From contig CAVYGN010000001.1 in assembly GCA_963768055.1 (NCBI GenBank), forward strand, positions 1,736,867 to 1,800,866: a stretch of DNA of 64,000 nt. Reading direction: 5' to 3'. The position numbers and the translations under genes were made by a program. The stretch's first letter is position 1, and each line of letters opens with the position of its first letter. Shown here in pieces: positions 19,723-29,076 of this stretch. Under the pieces are notes generated by a model that ran no database searches, was not told the DNA's origin, and saw only the letters and a program-made list of their open reading frames with translations. Origin of the DNA: an uncultured Spirochaetota bacterium. GTDB taxonomy: Bacteria > Spirochaetota > Brevinematia > Brevinematales > JAOACQ01.

Positions 19723-20241
19723 ATGAATATCTATCTGATCGGATACCGGGGCAGCGGTAAGACGACCCTTGGAAGAATAATATCGAAGTCCCTCAATTTT
19801 TCATTCGCGGAAATAGATGAAATGATAGTTCTGGAGGAAAAGAGGTCTATCCCGGAAATATTCTCGACTTCCGGGGAGGCGTATTTCAGGGAAAAAGAAT
19901 CCGGGGTTCTTGAAAGAGCGGCCTCTCTTAACAGAACTGTCGTTTCGACAGGCGGCGGCATTATTCTGAGCCGGAAAAACCGGGAACTGATGAAAAAAAC
20001 CGGCTTCTGCGTTTACCTTAAAGCAGGAACTGATGTACTTCTCGCCAGGATCGAAGGCGACCATAACCGCCCGCCCCTGACCGCCCTGCCTCTTTCAAAG
20101 GAAATCGAGTATATATTAAAAATAAGGACGCCCCTCTATGAAGAAACAGCAGATGCGACGGTGGATACAGGGTTACTAGCCGTTGAAAAATGTTCTGAAA
20201 TAATAATAAACGCTTTCCTGAAAAGGGGTGATAAAAAATGA
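19723..20241 (+). CDS. aroK: Shikimate kinase
   Basis: LIGYRGSGKTT, GEAYFREKE, STGGG, RPPL and R-x-PLYEE motifs. Confidence 0.93.
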   Translation: MNIYLIGYRGSGKTTLGRIISKSLNFSFAEIDEMIVLEEKRSIPEIFSTSGEAYFREKESGVLERAASLNRTVVSTGGGIILSRKNRELMKKTGFCVYLKAGTDVLLARIEGDHNRPPLTALPLSKEIEYILKIRTPLYEETADATVDTGLLAVEKCSEIIINAFLKRGDKK

Positions 20242-21257
20242 AGAGGTTTTATTCTTTCATAAAGTTATTGCTTTTAATCGCGGTCATTGTCCTGGCGATC
20301 TCGATCATGTTTTACGAATCGACGAAAGACGATCTGATAAATTACGACCGGTATGACGGGCTTACAAATCTTGTAAACTCATATGATTCCGCAAAAGCGT
20401 TTATATTATATGACCCCTATACCCGCGAGGCAGGGATAAAAATCGAAAATTTCCGTAACGATTTTACCGGCGTCTTCAAATCAGCCTTTACAAATATGTC
20501 CAATATGATCAGGAACAGGGGTTTTTACGACAGCATTTATTTGTATATCTTAACTAAAAAGATGACCGGCATGGACGGGCTTGTGGATCGTTACTTAACG
20601 GGAATGACATCTTTCAAGGATTTTATCATCATCGACTCGAAAAATAATATCCTCTACAAGTTTTCAAGCAACAACATCATACCCGCCTACCGCGATTACC
20701 ATAGCCTGGTGAACATCTATTATACAAATGATTATTTAGTAATAAGCGTTAAATACGATAATCCGCTCGACCTCGACATAGAGACGGCTGCGGTTTTCGA
20801 TACCGGCATTATCATAAAAAAAATTAAAGAAACCGATTATAACGCCTTCTTTTTAATTGAAGGAAAAATTTATAAAAACTCCGATTTTAACATAGATTTC
20901 ATTAAGGAGTCTTTAAAAGACATAAAAGCGGGTAAAAAATTCACATACGGGAATAAGATCATAGAGACCTTTCCGATCAGTATAAGCGGGCTCTCCATCG
21001 GGACCCTCGGGGTGATATATCCCAGCAGAGGCATTGAAGAGGTATTCCTGCTTGTTTTGAAAATACTGGCTCTTTTGATCATAATCTTCGTCCTTCTTGC
21101 CGTCGACCGTTTGATCACAAACTCGATTAAAAGGAAGAAGAGCAAGGTAAGGCAGGTAAAGAAAAAAGAAGCCGAAGCTATAGAGAACGAGGAGAATGAA
21201 AAGAACCTTGACTGGCTTGAAAACTATATAAAGTCAGAGGAAAAAGATGAGAAGTAG
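20238..21257 (+). CDS. Hypothetical membrane protein (two TM helices flanking an extracytoplasmic domain)
   Basis: 339-aa ORF ATGA-coupled to aroK, with N- and C-terminal hydrophobic helices. Confidence 0.7.
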   Translation: MKRFYSFIKLLLLIAVIVLAISIMFYESTKDDLINYDRYDGLTNLVNSYDSAKAFILYDPYTREAGIKIENFRNDFTGVFKSAFTNMSNMIRNRGFYDSIYLYILTKKMTGMDGLVDRYLTGMTSFKDFIIIDSKNNILYKFSSNNIIPAYRDYHSLVNIYYTNDYLVISVKYDNPLDLDIETAAVFDTGIIIKKIKETDYNAFFLIEGKIYKNSDFNIDFIKESLKDIKAGKKFTYGNKIIETFPISISGLSIGTLGVIYPSRGIEEVFLLVLKILALLIIIFVLLAVDRLITNSIKRKKSKVRQVKKKEAEAIENEENEKNLDWLENYIKSEEKDEK

Positions 21258-22023
21258 TTTAATCCTCTTTTTTTGCTTTTCATGGTCTCTTTTTTTCGGC
21301 GTTGACTGGTCCCAGAACAATGTCATTAAATTCACCCCGGACAATCTCAGTAATTATGAGGGGCTTGAAGATTATAATAACATCGGAACCAGCAACGGAT
21401 ACTTTACCCCTTTGTCCGATACTAACAGCTGGATCTTAACATCCGGGATCCCGCTGGAAGAAAATTACGTATTCTCAAGCGCTTTTGTGAACCTGGCAAG
21501 GGCCGATGAAAGCGGTGTAACGACAAATTCATATGTTACTCTTAAGATTTTTGATAACGCCGACGGTGAAACCATCAGCAAACAGGTATTTTATAAGAGC
21601 GGTGCTTTTGAATTGAACAATATATTCCTGAAAAATGTTGTCATTTATCTTGAAATTACAGGAAGCGATATACAATTATTTTCTTTCGGAATGACCAGAA
21701 AAGAACTTTCATTAATTAATACTAACGAATTCGAGATATCCCCCTCGATCCTCTTCAGCGGCGAAAACACCCTCGATATCAGCTTCAGTATAAATTATCC
21801 GGCCTATACCGACATACTCATCTTCAATAAATTCGGTAAAATAGTCGATTCGGTCTGCAAAAAAAGGTTTTTTAATGAAGGCACGAATTCCGTTATATGG
21901 GACCCCGAAAACAGTCCGGTCAGCGACCTTGTTTCAGGGGGTTATTTCATTTATTTTAAAGCATTATCACTGAATGGCAAATCCGCTGAGGCCGTAAAAG
22001 ACCTTATCTTCGTCAAGAATTAA
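21247..22023 (+). CDS. Secreted protein with C-terminal FlgD-Ig-like domain
   Basis: Signal peptide; ILIFNKFGKIV...GTNSVIWD...LVSGGYFI. Confidence 0.65.
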   Translation: MRSSLILFFCFSWSLFFGVDWSQNNVIKFTPDNLSNYEGLEDYNNIGTSNGYFTPLSDTNSWILTSGIPLEENYVFSSAFVNLARADESGVTTNSYVTLKIFDNADGETISKQVFYKSGAFELNNIFLKNVVIYLEITGSDIQLFSFGMTRKELSLINTNEFEISPSILFSGENTLDISFSINYPAYTDILIFNKFGKIVDSVCKKRFFNEGTNSVIWDPENSPVSDLVSGGYFIYFKALSLNGKSAEAVKDLIFVKN

Positions 22024-22040
22024 GTGTCAAAGAGCCTTTA

Positions 22041-22069
22041 TTGACATCAATAAAAAAATATGCTATAAA
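22041..22069 (+). promoter_or_regulatory. Sigma70-type promoter
   Basis: TTGACA-17 nt-TATAAA with a TG extension, upstream of the lipoprotein at 22143. Confidence 0.6.
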
Positions 22070-22142
22070 GATGTGCTTGTTTTTTAACCGGTAAAAACCC
22101 GGGGCTTTTTCATGATTTTGAAATAAATTTCAGGAGGGTATT

Positions 22143-22592
22143 ATGTTAAGAAGAATGTTATGCATGCTTGCAGTATTGGTTTTATCCCTTATTTCGTTAA
22201 ATTCCTGTTCAAACAATCCCGGTTCAAATAACTCAAGTTCTAGTTCATCCACAACTCAGTTGGAGATTATTAATAATTCAGGTCTATGGCTGGGCTGTGT
22301 AGGATGGATCGATTCTGGCAGTAATGAGTGGTATTTTGTACCCGATTATTATTCATCGGGCGGTTATACAACCGGTTTATTTAGCGGCGACTCTTATACT
22401 CAAAGTGTTAATACAGGTTCAAGCCCTGTATTTTTTAGCATAGGCACATCGTCCGTCAGGCATCATACAACCACTTACGTTAACGTTACAGCGGGCTCGT
22501 CTGTTACATTTACAATTGATAGTTTAACCACCTATGTTTTATCGACAGTAAAAGAGGGACTTACGAATATTACCACCAATTCCTTTAAGTGA
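22143..22592 (+). CDS. Hypothetical lipoprotein
   Basis: AGGAGG RBS, lipobox-like SLNSC and a Ser-rich linker. Confidence 0.75.
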   Translation: MLRRMLCMLAVLVLSLISLNSCSNNPGSNNSSSSSSTTQLEIINNSGLWLGCVGWIDSGSNEWYFVPDYYSSGGYTTGLFSGDSYTQSVNTGSSPVFFSIGTSSVRHHTTTYVNVTAGSSVTFTIDSLTTYVLSTVKEGLTNITTNSFK

Positions 22593-22728
22593 TTTTTTAA
22601 ACAAACATCTGCCCGTCGCGGATAGTGTAAATTATATCGATCTTTTGTCCTTATTTTTTTAAGCCGCCTTTCTTTCAATCCAAGATTAATATTGGCGCAT
22701 CCGGCTATGATTAACGGGATAGGTATAA

Positions 22729-23517
22729 ATGAAGTATTATGAATTTTCAAAATTTGATAGAATTAAGATAAAAAAATCCATATATGAAAATATTTTTAAT
22801 GATTTAAATCATGGGCTTTTTAATAACTTGCTTAAATATTCAACGGATCCCGATACTTACATGCGGAAAAACGCTTATCTTTGCATAGGAAAAATTTATA
22901 TTGAAAATCCGGAGTTAAGAAATAAAATCCTTGAATTTTTGACGAATAATATCGATAGCCCGGATGAAAAAGTAAGGCAGACAGTAGTGTATTCTTTGGC
23001 CGGGATCGGTTCGGCAGATTTTAATTCAATCACAGGCCTGCTGATAAAGTCAATGAGCGATCCCCACCATTCGGTCAGAAACGCGGTAATCGGGGTATTA
23101 AAACAATTATGCCTGAAAAATCCTGTTCAAACAATTGAATACTCAAAAAAATACCTTCATCATGATGATTATAAAATCAGGCGTGAAATTATTCATGGTC
23201 TGGAACTTAGAGGCAGAACCCACCCTGATGAAATTTTACCGCTTCTATACGAGGTTCAAAACGACGATCATAAGTTAATAAAAAAAATGATAATTCATGT
23301 TCTGGGCCAGATCAGCTACAAAAAAGGATGCCTTGAAAAAGTAATATCCCATTTAAAAATCTGGCCTGATAAAGAACTGGTCCGAAGAGCTTTAGAGGAA
23401 ATTATTAAAGTGCATTATAATTATCATAAATTCAGTTATTATCCGCCGGGATATGTTGAAGATTATATAAAAAAAGAGCTTGGGGACGTTAAACCTGCAA
23501 GTCTCACGCCCGCTTGA
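22729..23517 (+). CDS. HEAT-repeat protein
   Basis: Repeated D-x-x-x-x-VR/IR-x-x helices (DPDTYMRK, SPDEKVRQ, DPHHSVRN, DDYKIRR). Confidence 0.8.
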   Translation: MKYYEFSKFDRIKIKKSIYENIFNDLNHGLFNNLLKYSTDPDTYMRKNAYLCIGKIYIENPELRNKILEFLTNNIDSPDEKVRQTVVYSLAGIGSADFNSITGLLIKSMSDPHHSVRNAVIGVLKQLCLKNPVQTIEYSKKYLHHDDYKIRREIIHGLELRGRTHPDEILPLLYEVQNDDHKLIKKMIIHVLGQISYKKGCLEKVISHLKIWPDKELVRRALEEIIKVHYNYHKFSYYPPGYVEDYIKKELGDVKPASLTPA

Positions 23518-23557
23518 TTTTTATTTTTATTTATGGCATGCTAATATTAAAGTATTA

Positions 23558-23694
23558 AGGGCGGTTCCAAAAACTAGATTTTTGAAAAACAATCGTAATA
23601 ATGAATCTAATAATTCCGCCCAATGGTGCCCTGGTGCCTGGCCCCAGGACAGGCCGCTTGTCCCCGTAAGGGGGGCAGTTATTAGAAGTGCCTT
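23558..23694. mobile_element. MITE-like non-autonomous element (137 bp)
   Basis: Imperfect 18-bp terminal inverted repeats (AGGGCGGTTCCAAAAACT vs reverse complement AAGGCACTTCTAATAACT, 13/18), flanked by TA on both sides, with no transposase ORF. Confidence 0.5.
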
Positions 23695-23722
23695 TAATCT
23701 TATAACCGGAGGGTTATATCTT

Positions 23723-24703
23723 ATGAAAATGTTTTTGTTTTTCTGCGTGATCGTTTTAGGCTGTACAGTTGCTTCATTCTCATTGTGGGACAGCGGGACT
23801 AAGACCGGGGTGATCTATTTCACAGTCTCAGACGGGATTACCGAGGTCGACCCCAAAGCCTTATCTGAAATCCTCCAGTCGGAGCTTGTTAAAAAAAAGG
23901 CTTTCCTTGTAGTTGAAAGGAGCCAGATACAAAAGATAATGGATGAAAAGAAACTGGAACTTGCCGGTTTGACTGAAAGCGAAACGGCTACCCGCCTCGG
24001 AAGCCTTCTGGGGGCGGATAAAATAATCACCGGTTCGATTTCAAAGCTGGGCAAGAACTATTATATTATAATCAAGGGCATCAATACAAAGGACGGCGTG
24101 GTCGAATACAGCGAAGAGGGGACATCGGAAACCCTCGAGGCTTTGCCCGATGTCCTGCACGAGATGGCCGACAGGCTCGCCGGCGAAGCGACCGGGTCGT
24201 CTGCGGTTTCATCCTCTAAAGTGGAAAGCGGGACTATTACCGGGAACAATATCGACAAACTCCAGCAGATGGTACTAAACAGGCAGTTTTTAAAATCAGA
24301 TAAAATTCCCGAAATGCAGAATTATTCCGGACAGGTCCCTCTTTCAGTAAGGGATTTGATCTATCAAAAATACGATTCAGGGTGGGGCTGGCCGCTTGTA
24401 GGGGATGTTTTCATCCCGAGCCTTGGAAGTTATCTTCAGGGCGATTACCTGGGCGGTACCATCACGCTGGTCGGATTTTACGGATAATTGATAGCAAACA
24501 AGCAGCTTGACGGCGCTTTTATTTATATATTCTTACTATCTTATGGATTCAATATTGTAGAACCTATTTTATATTCAAGGAATTACAACACCAAATTAAG
24601 GTCGTCCCTGCTCCTCTCCTCCGATGATTTTCCGGAGAATTCATATGCCTGCAGGCAACGTGATATTCGTTTCGATGTAAGCCTGTTCGAAATGGAATTT
24701 TAA
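23723..24703 (+). pseudogene. CsgG/HfaB-like + P13-porin-like fusion interrupted by an in-frame TAA (24485-24487)
   Basis: GGAGG RBS and ATG 23723. CsgG motif VVERSQIQKIMDE...GADKIITGSI. P13-like SLGSYLQGDYLGG continues in the same frame after the stop to PILYSRNYNTKLRSSL. Confidence 0.65.
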
Positions 24704-24714
24704 GGCGGTTTTAT

Positions 24715-25284
24715 ATGCTTATAGAGCATTTAAGGCTGTTCGGACTCGATCCTGGCGCAGCCCCTGACGATGTGAAAAAAGCTTACAGAAGACTGGCTAA
24801 AAAAAACCATCCCGACAGGTTTTCAGATATCGAACAAAAAAAAAATCAGGAAAAAATAATGGCCCGGATAAACGAGGCGTATAAATCAATCCTCGCCGAT
24901 TATAAAAATATCAAAAACGCGTTAAAACCTGAGTACCCGGAACAAAATATAAATAAATCGGAAAAAGAAAATGATACTATGCTTTATAAAAGGGGCGTTG
25001 AATACTTCAATAAATATAACGGCAGCGTATCGTTAAAAAACGCCCAGTATACCGAATTCGACCGTGAAACAGTGGAAGAAAAGGTTAATAATCTTATGAA
25101 AGCGAGTTCCTGTTTCTCTCGACTGGTCCAGGTCTATCCTGACAGCGACTGGGCTTATGATTCCGGAGAAAGATTGAAAATTATTGAAAAAAATATAAAA
25201 CTCCTTAAAGAAAGGCAATCGGACGACAAAAATCAGCCTATCCCCAGGTATTTAAAAAAATTTAAAAATATATTCTGGTCCTGA
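24715..25284 (+). CDS. J-domain (DnaJ-like) protein
   Basis: VKKAYRRLAKKNHPDR...INEAY. Confidence 0.88.
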   Translation: MLIEHLRLFGLDPGAAPDDVKKAYRRLAKKNHPDRFSDIEQKKNQEKIMARINEAYKSILADYKNIKNALKPEYPEQNINKSEKENDTMLYKRGVEYFNKYNGSVSLKNAQYTEFDRETVEEKVNNLMKASSCFSRLVQVYPDSDWAYDSGERLKIIEKNIKLLKERQSDDKNQPIPRYLKKFKNIFWS

Positions 25285-25300
25285 AGCCCGGATATTCCCT

Positions 25301-27634
25301 TCACCACTTCATCCAGACTCCAAGTTCCGGGTAAATGCCTATAAAGTTTGTATTCTCAACAATCGTGCTGTAATTGTCTTTATAACTAATGGAAGTCACC
25401 GGCCTGTAATTATAGACATTGTTTACCTGCAGGTAAACGCCCGATGGCAGGCCGAAGAGCATACCGGTGTATTCAAGCTTCAGGTTCAGGGAATTTACAT
25501 CGGGAAGCCGGGCGGAATTGTAGGTTTCCCATACCGGCGTATAAAAAGTATTAGAACCGACAGTATTTGTCTGGACAGACTTAAGCGGCGTGTACTGGCT
25601 GCCTGACTGCCACTGGAATTCTGAAGTAAGGGACCAGTTCTTGCTTATCTGCCATATAACAACCAGGTCAAGCTTGTAAAGGAGGGAGCCCGGGTCAAAC
25701 CACTCGTCCACCGGAGGGTTGGCGTACTGGCCGTAGACGGTTTCGGAGGGGCCTCCCATAATCGATCCCGGATTAAGGTTATAAAGGGAATCGGGCTCGT
25801 AGCCGGAATTGCGGTATCCCCTTACAAAATAGCTGGAGAGGCTCATCCATCCGTACAGCGGAAAATCGTCGCTTTTTTTCGTAAGAAGGAGGTCGATCCC
25901 GTAAATCTGGCGCTGTTCCCCGGTGGTCTGTAAAAGGTATTCGATATTGGATTCCTGGGAAACGTAATTTTCATATTGTTTAAAATACCCCTCCAGGCTT
26001 ATATTATAAACACCGCTGAAGTCGAGCCCCGTCCCCAGAATATAATGCCAGCAGCCCGGCATGTTAAGTCCGGCGTTAGTGTCAAGGACCGCGAGGTCGA
26101 AGGCATCGGAAGGAAACTCCGAAAGATATCCCACGCTCGCATAAATTTTGTCCTGCGGGGTAAACCTGTACCCTAAAGTAAGGCGCGGATCGAGAGAGTA
26201 TTTTTTTATATAATCCACGTAATTGAACCGCAGTCCGTCCTCGATATAAATGCTTTTATCGAAGAGATCGGATTCGTTTTCTATAAAGGCCGAATAAATC
26301 CCGAACGTCCCCTGGTAGGAATTGCTGCCGGCGACAACCCATTCTGGCTGTCCGGTTACCTGGTTTGTAATCATACTGGTGATGTAATTCGTATAATAAA
26401 GCCCGGGATAATAAATTATCTCCCCGCCGATATCGAACGACACGTCATCTGACGGTGAATAGCCGACGGACCCCTTGTATCTAAGGTCATAAGCGGAATC
26501 CCTCATGAGGCTCGAGTTGTCCGGCTCCGTCATTTCCCAATCCATATAGCTGTACATGCTGCCGAACGACTGGTCTATCGACCATTCCCTTGAAAACGAA
26601 TGTTTCCAGTCAAGGTTTATCACCGCGTCGGAATAATCTATAATCCCTGAATTTGTTACGGAAATGTTTGAAAAAGTCGCATTCGTGTAGGACATCGGTT
26701 CCTCCGAGAAAAGCCAGACAAGGGAAACCGTATCAGCGCCGTCTTTATACTGGATCTTTCCCTGGGAGTCAAGGTAATAAGGGGCATGAAAATTCGAACC
26801 TCCTCCCTGGATAAAAAGAGGGAGGATAAGGTCGTACTGCGTCCTCCTGATCCCCCCGACGAAATTCCATTTCTGGTCTTCCGACGCCCCCGAGAGCGTA
26901 ATATAGGTATTGATAAGCCCCAGGTCCGCCTTGCCATGAAATCCCGGTTCCCCGTCGATCGTATTGACCTGGAGGAGACTCGACATGGCCTGCCCGTACT
27001 CTGCGGGAAGGACCCCCTTGTAGAGGTCTATGCTGTCGACGATGTCGTCGATAAAAACGGAGTCGCCTATAAAATGATGATAGGGGTATTGTATCAAAGC
27101 GTCGTCAAGGAGAGCGGCATTTTCATTGCCAGAACCGCCCCTGACGGAGAGTTTGGTATTATCCTGAAGGTTGCCCATGCCGAGATCCTCCACCCCCGGC
27201 ATAAGGGTCAATGAGTGCACGGGGTCGCCTGTGATGGACTCAGGGGCCTTGTCGCGCAGGTCTTTCGGTATGACATTCTTCGACTCGGTATCCTTCAGCT
27301 TTTCTCCTGTAACATCCACTTCGGAAAGATAAAGGGAACTTTGGGGAATCATATAGAAATAAATATTAATATCCGTTTTTACGGTTATCTCTTTCGATTC
27401 CTGATAATACCCTGCAGCCATCGCCGACATGGTGTAACTTCCTGCCGGAGCGTCGATAATATAAGAACCGTTATCTTCAGTCCGGGCTGTTATTAATGTA
27501 TTTGTTCCCGATTTGAGAATAACAGCGGCGGAGGGGATTCCTGCGCGCGTATCGGACCTGAAAACCCTTCCCCTGATCTGGAAGCCGAATGTCATGGCCG
27601 GCAGTATCATTATAGCTATTAAAAAAAATCTCAT
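25301..27634 (-). CDS. TonB-dependent receptor with N-terminal carboxypeptidase-regulatory-like domain
   Basis: Signal peptide, plug LMPGV...SVRGG...IDLYKG-x-x-PAEYG, PRL and NNVYN motifs, and a terminal aromatic residue. Start moved to ATG 27634 after GGAGG. Confidence 0.88.
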   Translation of the reverse strand: MRFFLIAIMILPAMTFGFQIRGRVFRSDTRAGIPSAAVILKSGTNTLITARTEDNGSYIIDAPAGSYTMSAMAAGYYQESKEITVKTDINIYFYMIPQSSLYLSEVDVTGEKLKDTESKNVIPKDLRDKAPESITGDPVHSLTLMPGVEDLGMGNLQDNTKLSVRGGSGNENAALLDDALIQYPYHHFIGDSVFIDDIVDSIDLYKGVLPAEYGQAMSSLLQVNTIDGEPGFHGKADLGLINTYITLSGASEDQKWNFVGGIRRTQYDLILPLFIQGGGSNFHAPYYLDSQGKIQYKDGADTVSLVWLFSEEPMSYTNATFSNISVTNSGIIDYSDAVINLDWKHSFSREWSIDQSFGSMYSYMDWEMTEPDNSSLMRDSAYDLRYKGSVGYSPSDDVSFDIGGEIIYYPGLYYTNYITSMITNQVTGQPEWVVAGSNSYQGTFGIYSAFIENESDLFDKSIYIEDGLRFNYVDYIKKYSLDPRLTLGYRFTPQDKIYASVGYLSEFPSDAFDLAVLDTNAGLNMPGCWHYILGTGLDFSGVYNISLEGYFKQYENYVSQESNIEYLLQTTGEQRQIYGIDLLLTKKSDDFPLYGWMSLSSYFVRGYRNSGYEPDSLYNLNPGSIMGGPSETVYGQYANPPVDEWFDPGSLLYKLDLVVIWQISKNWSLTSEFQWQSGSQYTPLKSVQTNTVGSNTFYTPVWETYNSARLPDVNSLNLKLEYTGMLFGLPSGVYLQVNNVYNYRPVTSISYKDNYSTIVENTNFIGIYPELGVWMKW

Positions 27635-27768
27635 CCTATCGCCCTCCCGGTTAGACGCGTCCACAAATATTTAAACACATGAAAAAGGAGAATATGTTAC
27701 TTTTGAATTGGCAAATATTGTGCCAACCGGAGGAAATTGATATTACGGGCTTTCAACCAGGGGATCAA

Positions 27769-29076
27769 TTAATTCCCTCTATCGAAAATATAAAAAAATT
27801 CCTGCTTGACCGGATCCTCAACAGACAGGATCATGAGGTCTTTTTCCGTACTGACCTCGGCGATTATGCCTGTATCGCCTAAGGCCATTGGATCGTCGAT
27901 GGCTTTATAGCGGTATACTACTTCGCCTTCATCCGAATAAAGGGAAAGGGTGTCTATCTTTTCATATTTGCTTCTGCCGATAATATTAGATTCTGCGAAG
28001 GCCTCGAAACTTACGTCAGGCTGGCTCCCCCTGAACTGCTCGAGGTCATGCCTGGACCTGAAGTTGTACATATAAGCCCTGTTATTTAAAAGGTAATAAT
28101 TCAAATTCATATCGTTATTGAACATAAGGCTTTTCAAGGGCGTCAGGCGGATTGTTTTCAGGTTAAAATCATATGCTAAAACACCTGCTCCGGTATCAAT
28201 AAACAGGGTATCGTTCCTTACGCTAGATTTCAAAAACCCGTATCTCAGCCATTCAGGCCTTATTTTGAAAATCATGTTGTCCTTTTTAAAATTGAGGATC
28301 GGAATCTGCTGCTGTGCCGAGGATAAGTCGTAAGACCAGAAATTTTTATTATCGTTTAAAATAAGAAGGTCGTTTCTCCAGTTGAAACCGGAGGCTTCCA
28401 TGGTATAGGCATATAATTCACCTGAGTCCGTCTTGTAAACGCATAATAAGTATTGTCCCCTGATTCTGAAAAGTATGCTCATTAAATCCGATTCGCCTGA
28501 AAATTTGATCCCCGATATTTCGATTGTGTCTTCCCTGAAACTGCCTATATAAATAGATTTCCCTGAAGAAATGTCGAATAACTCGAGATTATCTGCCGCC
28601 GGAATATTAGTTGTAACCCCCTTCAAAAGGAAAAGAGAGCTCCGTGTCGATGGATAAATTTCCTGAAAATCCGGGACGCTTTGAGAATTTTCCTCCGAAC
28701 GGTCTGTAATATTATATTTTATAAGCTTGCCTTTTTTATGCAGGAACAAATAATCCTTTCCGTTCTCCCTTGTTATTTTCCCTGACAGAGAAGGCTTGGA
28801 TTTAATATCCGAAAGTTTATCGGCGTAAATTGTCAGGTAATCTTTCCTGATCCAGCCTGAAAGACCGTTATAACTTATATGGATAAAGGCATCCTTCGAT
28901 TTGTCCGTCTGAACCGCTGTCCCCGGAAGAAGAATTAAAAATCCCCCGTTTTTTTTCGCATCTTCGATTTCCATCCTGGCATTCCAGGAATTAACTGTGG
29001 CCTGGAGGGAGAACAGCCGGCTGAAACAAAAAATAAAAACGAAGAGCGGGATCAATTTAAATGAACTTGCTTTCAT
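27769..29076 (-). CDS. Secreted protein with SH3b-like N-terminus and beta-propeller-like body
   Basis: Signal peptide; HISYNGLSGWIRKDYL. Confidence 0.6.
   Translation of the reverse strand: MKASSFKLIPLFVFIFCFSRLFSLQATVNSWNARMEIEDAKKNGGFLILLPGTAVQTDKSKDAFIHISYNGLSGWIRKDYLTIYADKLSDIKSKPSLSGKITRENGKDYLFLHKKGKLIKYNITDRSEENSQSVPDFQEIYPSTRSSLFLLKGVTTNIPAADNLELFDISSGKSIYIGSFREDTIEISGIKFSGESDLMSILFRIRGQYLLCVYKTDSGELYAYTMEASGFNWRNDLLILNDNKNFWSYDLSSAQQQIPILNFKKDNMIFKIRPEWLRYGFLKSSVRNDTLFIDTGAGVLAYDFNLKTIRLTPLKSLMFNNDMNLNYYLLNNRAYMYNFRSRHDLEQFRGSQPDVSFEAFAESNIIGRSKYEKIDTLSLYSDEGEVVYRYKAIDDPMALGDTGIIAEVSTEKDLMILSVEDPVKQEFFYIFDRGN

Noticed and set aside
23480..23722. N-terminal extension of the ORF-track call 23480..24487
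   Set aside because: It runs through the MITE-like element. The real RBS and signal peptide start at 23723.
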